Of a DNA stretch of 64,000 nucleotides, positions 27,911-36,265 are shown one piece after another. This DNA comes from an uncultured virus (IMG/VR IMGVR_UViG_3300028903_000203) (lineage: Duplodnaviria; Heunggongvirae; Uroviricota; Caudoviricetes). The translations under genes were made by a program, and so were the position numbers. How positions within the stretch are numbered: position 1 is the stretch's first letter; every line of letters begins with the position of its first letter. The notes beneath the pieces are model-generated. The model had not been told where the DNA came from. It saw only the letters and a list, made by a program, of their open reading frames with translations, and did no database searches. The stretch lies in IMG/VR virus record IMGVR_UViG_3300028903_000203, one strand, 5' to 3'.

Positions 27911-28428
27911 TGCCACTCCAGGTCAGCGTCAATGCGGAACACGGCTTGCCAGGTTGCTTGCTTGGCGGCCAGCTCCACGAGCGCCGCATGCTCGACGATG
28001 GCCCGCGCCGTCTTGTGATGGCCGACGCGCCGGTAGAACCACTCGGCGAGCAGCTTGCGGGCCGTCTTCCGGGCCCGCCCTTCATCTGTGGCCGGAGCCG
28101 CGGTGAAGGGCACTGTGATTTCTTTGGTGCCGTGGTAGGAGGCGGCTACCCCCCGCGCAGCGACGCGCTCCGGGGGGACGACCTGGGCCCCAAACCGCAC
28201 TTCCTGCCCAACGGCGCGGTCGAAGCGGGCGGTGGCGTCCTCTTGCGACTCTAAGGGGAAGATGTGCGTGTCGTGGTCCTGCCGGCCCGCCCACGACGTG
28301 ACTACCTGGAACTGCCGGCGGTACTGCTGCGGTCCTGCCACGCGCAGCTCTACCTGGACGGCACTGTTGTCCCGCATGAGCACGACCTTTTGGACTACGC
28401 GGCCCGCTACGGTTGTATTCTGCGCCAT
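27907..28428 (-). CDS. Hypothetical protein
   Basis: AGGAG RBS. Confidence 0.6.
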   Translation of the reverse strand: MAQNTTVAGRVVQKVVLMRDNSAVQVELRVAGPQQYRRQFQVVTSWAGRQDHDTHIFPLESQEDATARFDRAVGQEVRFGAQVVPPERVAARGVAASYHGTKEITVPFTAAPATDEGRARKTARKLLAEWFYRRVGHHKTARAIVEHAALVELAAKQATWQAVFRIDADLEWQ

Positions 28429-28446
28429 AGCCTGCTCCTGGGCTCC

Positions 28447-28938
28447 TCAGAGCCAGTCCTCGCGGCACCGTGCACATTCCGCCATGTGGTCCGCGAAACA
28501 GGGCGCGCAGTACAGCGCCCCAGTCGCCGTACACCCGTAGCTATGCGGTCCCGCGGGAGCGTGGCAACCTGCACATTCAGGGGCCGCAGCCGGTTCGGGT
28601 GCAGTGGCGGCGACAGCCTGCCGCAAACGGTTGATGGCCGCCCACGTAACAAAGGGGGCGGGGTCGTTCCGGTGCACGGAATCGTCCACGTCATCGAGAA
28701 CCATCTGCGCTGCTGCTTGCAGGGGGGGCTCGGACTGGGCGCGCAGTTGCTGCACCAGCGCGGCGAGCTGCCGCGCGGCGCGGGCGATGGTGTCCGAGTT
28801 CGCGGCATAGGCATCAGCGTAGCCGGCTGGTTGCTCGCGCACCAACTCGGTGGCGGCGAGAACCTGCCGCACGGCATGGTCCACCGCCGTCGCTAGCGGG
28901 AGGTGCTGGAGGTCCTGGACGTGTACTTGCGTCGTCAT
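28447..28938 (-). CDS. Hypothetical protein with C-terminal Cys-rich Zn domain
   Basis: TAAGGAG RBS; CAGC..C..CAPC..H..CARC. Confidence 0.65.
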   Translation of the reverse strand: MTTQVHVQDLQHLPLATAVDHAVRQVLAATELVREQPAGYADAYAANSDTIARAARQLAALVQQLRAQSEPPLQAAAQMVLDDVDDSVHRNDPAPFVTWAAINRLRQAVAATAPEPAAAPECAGCHAPAGPHSYGCTATGALYCAPCFADHMAECARCREDWL

Positions 28939-28992
28939 GGCCTTGCTCCTTACGCCGTAAATCCCGCGCCATTCGGAACTATTTCCACTACA

Positions 28993-29021
28993 AGTATACT
29001 ACAATGTAGTTGATTTGTCAA
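28993..29021 (-). promoter_or_regulatory. Sigma70 promoter TTGACA-17-TATACT with palindrome ACTACAATGTAGT (28998-29010)
   Basis: Read directly; shares 21 identical bp with 33970-33990. Confidence 0.85.
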
Positions 29022-31611
29022 CTGGCGGAGCGGACGCATCTTCTTCCCAGAACAGCGCGGCGTAGAGCGTAAGCAGGCCGCGGGCGCGTACCACGCGGGG
29101 CTCACGCCGTACCTGGCCCGCCGGGGGAGGCGGATTGACAATGGTATAGCCTGCGACGGGCGGGGGAAGATTGCACTCTACCGCGCGGGCCAGGGCCTCC
29201 TCCCGCTGGCGCTCCAGTTGGGACAGGGCGGCGGCAAGGACCTCCTCCACACCTTCGTCCTCAGCCTCGGCCAGCGCCTGCCGGCCGCGCTGCCACCAGG
29301 TGTGCGCGTCCTCGTGGCGGTCGGCAGTAGCGGGGTGTATGTCTTGGGCCTGGGCCAGGACCGTATCCACCACCTGGCAGCGCTCCGGGAGCGCCAGCGC
29401 CGGCTCTTTCTCGAGCGCCTGAAGCACCGTTTGGGCCGCTCGCAGCATTACCTCCCACCAGACGGCTTCCTCCCGGTCGCGCACCAGTCCCCATTTCTGG
29501 TGGCGGAGCAGAGCTTGCTGTCGCCGCATCGCCCACTCGGTCAGCCGTTGGCGGGCCAGCGCCGGGCCCGCAGGGGCTAGTTTTGCCAAGTCGGGCCAGG
29601 CCGCCAGCAAGGCCACAGCCCGACACTCGGCGGCATACAGCACCACGCGGCGATGGGGGGTGCTGGCATGGGCCTGCCGCTGGGCAATGGCATGGTCCGC
29701 ACGATGTCCCCACTGGCGGCGTTGGCCCCGCAGGTTCCACGCTTGGGCCGGCCCACGAGCGCGGGGCAGATCGAGGCGGGGAGTGGTCTGGGTGCGTGTC
29801 CGGGGATGTGGCGTAGCCCGCGGCGCAGGGGCCGGCTTTTCTTCGGGAAAGGCCGGCGGCCCCTCGACCCGCAGATCGCGCCACAGTGAAGCGCACCACG
29901 CTTCCAGAGCGTCCTTGGTCCAATGGGGCACCCACACGCAGTGCTGCTGCAAAAAGTCGAACTCGGGCTCCCACCAGAAGATTTGCGTGACTCGGCCGCC
30001 TTCTACTGTTAGGGCCACCCACAACCCAGCCGGCTCGGCCCAGACCCGGATTTCGCGTAGTCCCCAGGCCCACAGCAAGGTCCGGGGGCGCACCGGCAAG
30101 CGCAGCGGGCCGGTGGGGGCATAAATCGCTTGGTCCCGGGCCTCCTCCAGCATGGTCCAGGTGAGCCCCCGCACCCAGGCCGGGTCGCTCGGCTCCGGTA
30201 CAGGCACTTCGCCCACGACCACGGCCGCTCCCTCCTCGATGATTGCGTCGCCCGGAGGCTCCGCCAAGCGGCCGGGTAACAGGTGGTCCACTATCTCTGC
30301 GGTAGGGCGGTGCTGGGGAGACTGCTGAAGCGAGGCCCACATGTGCCACAGTGCGATGGCGCTGTTAGTGGTCGCATCAGCGGTACGCACGGAGCCGCTG
30401 CCCGGCAAGGCCACTTTCCACGGTCCGCGCTGGCGAGCACAGTAGGCCGCGGCCATGCTGGCAGTTAAGACAGTTGTGGGCACCGTGGGGGGCGTTTCCC
30501 AAGCCAGGCGGCCCAAAGTCCAGCAGAAACGTGAACGGTCATAGGGGTTCCCGGGGAATCCGCTCTCGGTGGCGCGCCAAGTGCGGACCATGCGCTCCAC
30601 CTCTTTTCCCGCCAGCAGGGGGGAAATCTCTGGGGCTAACTCCAGCAAGTAGGTGGGGCCGATAAAGGGCACGACCACCCGCCCCCATTCGTCGGGCGGT
30701 AACTGCGCATGCAGGCACTGGGCGGCGGCGTAGAAGGCGGCGACGAGATTCCAAGGCACAACCCGGTCGTGTTGCTGCTCTACCGCCACAACTTGTCGTA
30801 GGCCCGTGAGTGGGTCACCGTCCTTGGGCCACACATACCGGAAAAGCTTGCCTGGCGGAACCAGGGCCAGTATCCCGCGCCATGCCTTCTTGGTCATGGT
30901 CCGGAGAGTCGCCAGTAGGTCTGGGGGGCAGACGGACCAGCGGGCATAGGCGATCTCACTGGGGTCAGGCAGGTCGGCTATACCGCCGCTCAACGAGCCC
31001 ATGTCAATCTGCGGGCCGTTAGGGATGTCGCCCCAGCTAATACCCAGCGGGCTGGAATAGCTGGCCTGGAGCGGGGCGCGGGTGGGCGGGACATCGAAGG
31101 CGCGCTTGAGAACATCGAGGGGCGGCAAGGTCCGGTGTTCCTGTACAATGGCCGCCTGGACCGCAGCAAAGGACCCCGGCGGGCGGGGCCGCAGCCGTTG
31201 CGCCGCCGCCAGTTGCGCCGGAATCTTGCGGCCTTCTGCGGTCGGCCAATTCAGGCGCAGCTCCAACACGGGGGAGTCGTATTGGCCCAGCATGAAGAAG
31301 TACACCGGCAGCGTTGTCTGGTGTTCCAGCGCCGCCCACCGATCCCGGGCCGCGGAGTCGGCCGGGTCGAGTAAGGCCAGCGCCAGGGCGGCCGGCCGGA
31401 CCTGGAAATCCACCGCCAGGCAGAAAGCCGCGCCCTCCTCCCGCACGTCGAGCTGGGTCTGGAGGGCGGCTTCCCGCCTGCCGCGCAAAGCCGCAACTTG
31501 GGCCGGGGTATCAACCAGGATGACCAGGCTAGTTTGCCCCGCGATGCTCGTGAGGCAGCTCCAGCCGGGGCCGTGGTCCAGCAGTTCGTCGCGTGTTCTC
31601 TGGTCCAGCAT
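28999..31611 (-). CDS. Large hypothetical protein (870 aa)
   Basis: Long ORF in operon; stop lies inside the downstream promoter. Confidence 0.7.
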   Translation of the reverse strand: MLDQRTRDELLDHGPGWSCLTSIAGQTSLVILVDTPAQVAALRGRREAALQTQLDVREEGAAFCLAVDFQVRPAALALALLDPADSAARDRWAALEHQTTLPVYFFMLGQYDSPVLELRLNWPTAEGRKIPAQLAAAQRLRPRPPGSFAAVQAAIVQEHRTLPPLDVLKRAFDVPPTRAPLQASYSSPLGISWGDIPNGPQIDMGSLSGGIADLPDPSEIAYARWSVCPPDLLATLRTMTKKAWRGILALVPPGKLFRYVWPKDGDPLTGLRQVVAVEQQHDRVVPWNLVAAFYAAAQCLHAQLPPDEWGRVVVPFIGPTYLLELAPEISPLLAGKEVERMVRTWRATESGFPGNPYDRSRFCWTLGRLAWETPPTVPTTVLTASMAAAYCARQRGPWKVALPGSGSVRTADATTNSAIALWHMWASLQQSPQHRPTAEIVDHLLPGRLAEPPGDAIIEEGAAVVVGEVPVPEPSDPAWVRGLTWTMLEEARDQAIYAPTGPLRLPVRPRTLLWAWGLREIRVWAEPAGLWVALTVEGGRVTQIFWWEPEFDFLQQHCVWVPHWTKDALEAWCASLWRDLRVEGPPAFPEEKPAPAPRATPHPRTRTQTTPRLDLPRARGPAQAWNLRGQRRQWGHRADHAIAQRQAHASTPHRRVVLYAAECRAVALLAAWPDLAKLAPAGPALARQRLTEWAMRRQQALLRHQKWGLVRDREEAVWWEVMLRAAQTVLQALEKEPALALPERCQVVDTVLAQAQDIHPATADRHEDAHTWWQRGRQALAEAEDEGVEEVLAAALSQLERQREEALARAVECNLPPPVAGYTIVNPPPPAGQVRREPRVVRARGLLTLYAALFWEEDASAPPVDKSTTL

Positions 31612-31614
31612 CTT

Positions 31615-32820
31615 TCACCAGCGCGGCAGGGCGTAGAGTTCCTCGATGGCCATCCACAAAGCATCTTCGGCGTCGTCGGACCACTCGGGAGTCAAGGGGG
31701 TATAGTCGTCGGCGTCCACGGCCACGTCTGCCAGCGGCAGCTCCGGCTGATAGTCGCCGTCGTCATAGTGGTCATCAATGTGCCGTGCCAAGTCCGCGAA
31801 TCCTTCGTGTCGGAGCACGTCCGCCGCTGCGGAAGGTAGGTCGCAGGCGGTGACCGTAGCCAGCAGGTCGGCCAGGAGATGGTCAAAGGCCCAGACTGCT
31901 CCACCGACTGGTCCCAGGTGGGCCTGCACGTCCTGCCACAACGCCAACATGTCGGGCATGGTCTGCTCGGCGTTCAACGGTGCGCCCCAGATGTCCAGGA
32001 GGGCGTAGGTGTAGGTGTCGCGGGGCGCGGTCTTGATCCATTCCCGGAAGTCGGCGCGGACGACCTCCACTTCAGGTGGTAGGTAGGGTTGCACCATCTG
32101 GACGACCTCGGGCGAGAGCTCGACGACGGTGACTCCGGTGACTCCCGGGTGGCGGGCGGACAGCGTGGCCAGCAAGCCCAGGCCCAATCCGGCGATGAGC
32201 ACGCGGCCGGGTCGGATGACGCGCTCTACCATGCGCTCCATGTCGACGCGCTCACTGGGGCTGTCGGACATCCAGAGCAGGTTGTCCTGGTAGAGCACCG
32301 TCAGGGTGATGTCGCCGTCGTACCGAACATAGCCGCCATCGCCGAACACTTCCATGGGCGTGCCGGCCGGGATGACTTTGTGGGTGAGCCGGTACGGCCC
32401 CACCTGCATCTCTGGCAGGGGCACGATGCTTTCCCAGCGCCGCGCGTCCCAAAGCCGGTCAAAGGTATCGGGGAAGATATGCGCCAGGATGTCGTTGTCT
32501 ACGTCGGCCAGGGGCAAGGGGGGGAGATGTTCATCCCAAGCGGCCAGTCGCTCACGCGCCAGGCTCTTGTCTGCGGCGGTGCTGTCCTCGGCTCCTAGCA
32601 CTAGCCGAATCCATTGGAGTTCGGTCAGGGGGCCTGGCGGGAGATCGGTTTCCACGACTAGCCAGTAGTCAGCCGGCACCAGCTCCGGCCAGTCTGCTCC
32701 GCGGGGTTGCTGTACCGTCCGCATGTTGGTGCCCAGGCAGGGGTGCGTGCCTTTGGTGGCTTGGAGCAACTGCGGCGTGGTCAGGATTGGGCTGGTGGGG
32801 CGAGGAATGTACTTAGGCAT
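31615..32820 (-). CDS. Class I SAM-dependent methyltransferase (spermidine-synthase-like fold)
   Basis: WMSDSPSE, RVLIAGLGLG, VTVVELSPEVV, RADF, LLDIW. Confidence 0.8.
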   Translation of the reverse strand: MPKYIPRPTSPILTTPQLLQATKGTHPCLGTNMRTVQQPRGADWPELVPADYWLVVETDLPPGPLTELQWIRLVLGAEDSTAADKSLARERLAAWDEHLPPLPLADVDNDILAHIFPDTFDRLWDARRWESIVPLPEMQVGPYRLTHKVIPAGTPMEVFGDGGYVRYDGDITLTVLYQDNLLWMSDSPSERVDMERMVERVIRPGRVLIAGLGLGLLATLSARHPGVTGVTVVELSPEVVQMVQPYLPPEVEVVRADFREWIKTAPRDTYTYALLDIWGAPLNAEQTMPDMLALWQDVQAHLGPVGGAVWAFDHLLADLLATVTACDLPSAAADVLRHEGFADLARHIDDHYDDGDYQPELPLADVAVDADDYTPLTPEWSDDAEDALWMAIEELYALPRW

Positions 32821-33685
32821 GCGCACAGGCTCCTCGGTTATCGGGGAGGATGATCTCCCACGCCTCGTCAAGCAGGTCCAGTTGCGCGCCGGCTGGGTAC
32901 AAGGCTCCGTCGATGTTCCAGCCATAATGCTGCGGTGAGGCTCTCCCAAGATCAAAGCGCCGGCCTTCGCGCACGAGATAGTAGTGGCCGGCGACAAACC
33001 GCTCATCGCGGCAGTCATACCCATGCCCAATCTGTCCCCTGCCGGTCGGGGGGATGTAGTGCAGCCCCAGCACTGTGCCTCTCTGTTCCGTTGCACTGGC
33101 GGGCAGAAGCGCGGTCACGTCTTGCAGGCTCGCTTGCAGCGCGGACAAGGGACAGTCAGCGGTATGCGGCGGGATGCCCATGTCGTGGTCGATAGCGCCA
33201 CAGAAGATACAGTAGTTGGCCAGGTCGTCCCCACTATAGCCGGGCGGCATATAGCCCTCGCACGGCGTCAGCAGCCGCTGGGCCGCCTGGACCAGACGGA
33301 GCAGCGCCTGCCCGGACTCACCGGCCAGGGCGGCCTCGTAGAAGGCATCCTGGGAGTCGTCCCCCATCTCTTGCTGGTCGTGCAGTTGCCGCACGCAGCG
33401 GCGCAGGGCCAGGTGTAAGACCGCGGCTTGGCTGAGTGCGGAGAGAGGATCGGCGGCGGCCAGCGCCACGGGCAGCTCACGTTCCAGTTTGCGCTCACAT
33501 AGTGAGCGGCCCCGCAGGCGCTCGCGCAGGTCAGCGGCCTTACTCTGGAGCTGGTCGACGGTCGCCAACAGCCGACAGACCTCGCCCGTGTCGAAAGCGT
33601 CGGGGTGCGTGGCCCGCGCCGCGCGGGCGCGGAACTCGGCCAACTGCGCATCATTCAACGGCTGCACTGTCCTGCTCTTACCCAT
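32813..33685 (-). CDS. Hypothetical protein with CxxC...H..C motif
   Basis: AAGGAG RBS before MGKSRT; CIFCG...HTADC. Confidence 0.6.
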   Translation of the reverse strand: MGKSRTVQPLNDAQLAEFRARAARATHPDAFDTGEVCRLLATVDQLQSKAADLRERLRGRSLCERKLERELPVALAAADPLSALSQAAVLHLALRRCVRQLHDQQEMGDDSQDAFYEAALAGESGQALLRLVQAAQRLLTPCEGYMPPGYSGDDLANYCIFCGAIDHDMGIPPHTADCPLSALQASLQDVTALLPASATEQRGTVLGLHYIPPTGRGQIGHGYDCRDERFVAGHYYLVREGRRFDLGRASPQHYGWNIDGALYPAGAQLDLLDEAWEIILPDNRGACAHA

Positions 33686-33917
33686 CGGGCGCTCTCCTTG
33701 CGGGGGCCTTGGCCGGCGGGAACTCGACGTTCCAACGCTGGCAGAAACGCTTGGCCCCGGACTCATCGGCGATCCGGCGGTAGGTGGTGGGAAACCGCAG
33801 CCGGCTGCCCGCGTAATAGCGGTCTACCGTCCACCTGATCTCCCACGACCCCCCGGCGATGTAGGAGCAGTCATGGTTGTAGCTATGTTGTGCCTTATAG
33901 CGTCCGCCGGAGCCCAT
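33678..33917 (-). CDS. Small hypothetical protein
   Basis: GGAGG RBS; first gene after the promoter at 33973. Confidence 0.6.
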   Translation of the reverse strand: MGSGGRYKAQHSYNHDCSYIAGGSWEIRWTVDRYYAGSRLRFPTTYRRIADESGAKRFCQRWNVEFPPAKAPARRAPDG

Positions 33918-33972
33918 CGGTTACCTCCGCTGTTGCTGTAAATCATTCCGTAAACGGAAGGATTACAAGACA

Positions 33973-34001
33973 AGTATACTACAATGTAGTGAGGCTGTCA
34001 A
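33973..34001 (-). promoter_or_regulatory. Sigma70 promoter TTGACA-17-TATACT with palindrome ACTACAATGTAGT (33978-33990)
   Basis: Read directly. Confidence 0.85.
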
Positions 34002-34008
34002 GTCGTGA

Positions 34009-34036
34009 TGCTATGCTGCGATTTCCAACTGAAGCA
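34009..34036. repeat. 28-bp quasi-palindromic site, copy 3 (rc TGCTTCAGTTG GAAATC GCAGCATAGCA)
   Basis: 1 nt from the stop of 34038..34373 and 7 nt from the -35 box. Confidence 0.8.
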
Positions 34037-34037
34037 T

Positions 34038-34373
34038 CTACACGCTAGGACTGGACGCGGCTGGGGGAGGATCGGGGCGCGTCCAGGCTAGCAGGACGTC
34101 GGCGAAGCGGGTGGAGGCGACCCGCACGGGGGTCAACCGGCCCTTCCGCAACGCGGCCACAGGTCGGGCCACGGTGCGAACAACGAAGGCCCGGCGCAGG
34201 GACAGCACGAAGTTATCAAGCACTGCTTCGGGTAGCTCGGCGGGATCGCCTACCCAGAGGGGAGCGGGAAAGAGGCGCTGGATCACCTCCAGCGCGAGCC
34301 CTTGCTCCGGCCGGCCGACTGGGGCGTTGGCGCGGGGTCGGCACTCTACGCGCAGAGCCTGTTGTAGGGTCAT
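34038..34373 (-). CDS. Hypothetical protein
   Basis: AGAGG RBS, ATGA overlap. Confidence 0.5.
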   Translation of the reverse strand: MTLQQALRVECRPRANAPVGRPEQGLALEVIQRLFPAPLWVGDPAELPEAVLDNFVLSLRRAFVVRTVARPVAALRKGRLTPVRVASTRFADVLLAWTRPDPPPAASSPSV

Positions 34374-34708
34374 CGCCTCTTTCTCCGGGCCGAGCGCGGA
34401 CCTGGGCGCTTATTCCGGCGGTGGCGCTTGATCTTGGGGAAGAAGGGCCGGAGCCGGATGGCTGTTCGTCGGACTACGATGTACAGGCCGGCCGCTCCAG
34501 CGGCGCAGGCCAACACCAGAAAAAGCCGCAGCCAGGCAAAGCGGCCCGCGATGGCCTCTAACACCAGGTCAAAAAGCAGCATTGCGGCCAGAAATAGGCA
34601 GGCGACAAAGGCCGCGCCTACGGCCACGACCTGGAGCCGGGCCCAGCGGCGGGGCCACCGTGATTTGGCGGGCGGCTCTGGCGGCGCTGCGGCGGGTGTT
34701 TTGGTCAT
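34370..34708 (-). CDS. Small membrane protein (2 TM, basic tail)
   Basis: Hydropathy pattern; GGAG RBS. Confidence 0.55.
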   Translation of the reverse strand: MTKTPAAAPPEPPAKSRWPRRWARLQVVAVGAAFVACLFLAAMLLFDLVLEAIAGRFAWLRLFLVLACAAGAAGLYIVVRRTAIRLRPFFPKIKRHRRNKRPGPRSARRKRR

Positions 34709-34720
34709 GACGTACTCCGG

Positions 34721-35530
34721 CTAGCGAGACTCAAAGAAAGAACTGAGTATCTTGGTCATGCCGATAGCCGCGATGGTGATAACGGTAAGCGGTATTTTGA
34801 TCTGCTCGATGACTTGCATTAGCACCACAGCCATCTCACCGGAAGGCGACGTGTCGGCGACAGGCATGTTCCCAAGGACCAGGGGGAAAAACCATGCTGC
34901 TGCACACAGGAGCAGTCCCCCCATAACGAATCTGCGTAGGAATGAGGACCATTCTTGCTGGGGAAACCAGGTGGTTTGGTCCTCTTGTTCCGACACAGCC
35001 GGAGCTGTCTCCATCTTCCGCCGTTGTGGATAGAACCTATCGGCCGCTGCGGCCCCAGTGGGATCGCTGGGCGGAGAACTGCCGGGCTCGCGGCGGGCCG
35101 CGCGCTGTCGCCACCGCGCCTGGCCCAGCCGCCACACAATGACCGGCCCGTAGATGACAAAACCCACCGCCAGCGCCAGCGGCGTAATGGTGGTTGCTGG
35201 TGGAGGAGCGGCGGGCGACAAGTCCTTGACCATACGGGGAGCGGGCTCATCCTCCTCGCCCAACGCTGCTATCGCCCGGACGGTTTCGTTGACCGGCCGA
35301 GGTGGTGGTGGGGATTCTTGGCGCGCGGGTGCAGGCGCGCGGGGGGGCTGGCGCAGCAAGCGAATAGCCTGCCCCATCCCCCGCACCTGCTGCACGATGA
35401 GCGGCTGACCGGGGCCGGCGCGGCTGACATGCAGCCAGACTCCACAGGCGAGACATAGTGTCAGGCCCGGCTGTGATTCATCTACGACCCCACCACAAGC
35501 GGGGCATGTGGTGTTGAGTGTCCCGTTCAT
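34721..35530 (-). CDS. Zn-ribbon membrane protein
   Basis: CPAC...CLAC N-terminus; about 3 TM. Confidence 0.55.
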   Translation of the reverse strand: MNGTLNTTCPACGGVVDESQPGLTLCLACGVWLHVSRAGPGQPLIVQQVRGMGQAIRLLRQPPRAPAPARQESPPPPRPVNETVRAIAALGEEDEPAPRMVKDLSPAAPPPATTITPLALAVGFVIYGPVIVWRLGQARWRQRAARREPGSSPPSDPTGAAAADRFYPQRRKMETAPAVSEQEDQTTWFPQQEWSSFLRRFVMGGLLLCAAAWFFPLVLGNMPVADTSPSGEMAVVLMQVIEQIKIPLTVITIAAIGMTKILSSFFESR

Positions 35531-35865
35531 CAGTTGCCTCCGGCGTGCTGCTGGCGTGGTGGCACAGTCTGGACGGTGGGACCCAGGGCGGACTCATCCG
35601 GCACTACTTCGATCTGCAAAGGCACCCAGGCCCATGCCGACGTGCCCACCCCGTCCAAATAGCCTGGGTCATCGCCCGCAGCGCGGGGTTGAGTGTGGAT
35701 AAACAGGCCCAGTCTGCCATGAAAAGACGTGCCCGCGTCTATGGTAATGGCGGCACGATCATAGCTGCCCGCGGTCTGCACCTCCCGACCCTGGCCCAGA
35801 CCCACGGCCAGAAAGCGGCCCTCGTGGGCGAGATCGGATACGTCGAGTGAGATGCGTACTCTCAT
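35530..35865 (-). CDS. Hypothetical protein
   Basis: GAGGT RBS; TGATG coupling. Confidence 0.5.
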   Translation of the reverse strand: MRVRISLDVSDLAHEGRFLAVGLGQGREVQTAGSYDRAAITIDAGTSFHGRLGLFIHTQPRAAGDDPGYLDGVGTSAWAWVPLQIEVVPDESALGPTVQTVPPRQQHAGGN

Positions 35866-35924
35866 CGCTTACCTCGTGGTCCGCACAATACCACAGCGCC
35901 ACGTGCCGGCAGAGCCGCTACGGA

Positions 35925-36254
35925 TCACAATCGCGGCTGCCGCTTCTTGCCCCGCGCGAAGAGGCGGTACTGCTCCTCCTGGTGGGTTTGCACCCGCTTG
36001 GCTGTAGCGAGTGCACGGGCGGCCTGTTCCGCCGTCGGCTTGTCACCACTCTCGGCGGCTAACTCGCGCACCGTTGTCAACATGAACCCCAGGTGGGCCA
36101 ACTCGAGGCCCGTGCTTAATTGGTCCAAATCCCCCCAGGATGTGGGGGCGGGGCCGGTTTCCTCACGCTGGCCCAACGCGGCCTCCAGCGTGAGGAGCTT
36201 CTGTTCGGTCCACTGAATCAGATCGCCGATGGCAAGTACATTGTGCGCAGTCAT
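35925..36254 (-). CDS. Hypothetical protein
   Basis: Directly follows ligA. Confidence 0.55.
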   Translation of the reverse strand: MTAHNVLAIGDLIQWTEQKLLTLEAALGQREETGPAPTSWGDLDQLSTGLELAHLGFMLTTVRELAAESGDKPTAEQAARALATAKRVQTHQEEQYRLFARGKKRQPRL

Positions 36255-36265
36255 AGACTAGTCTT

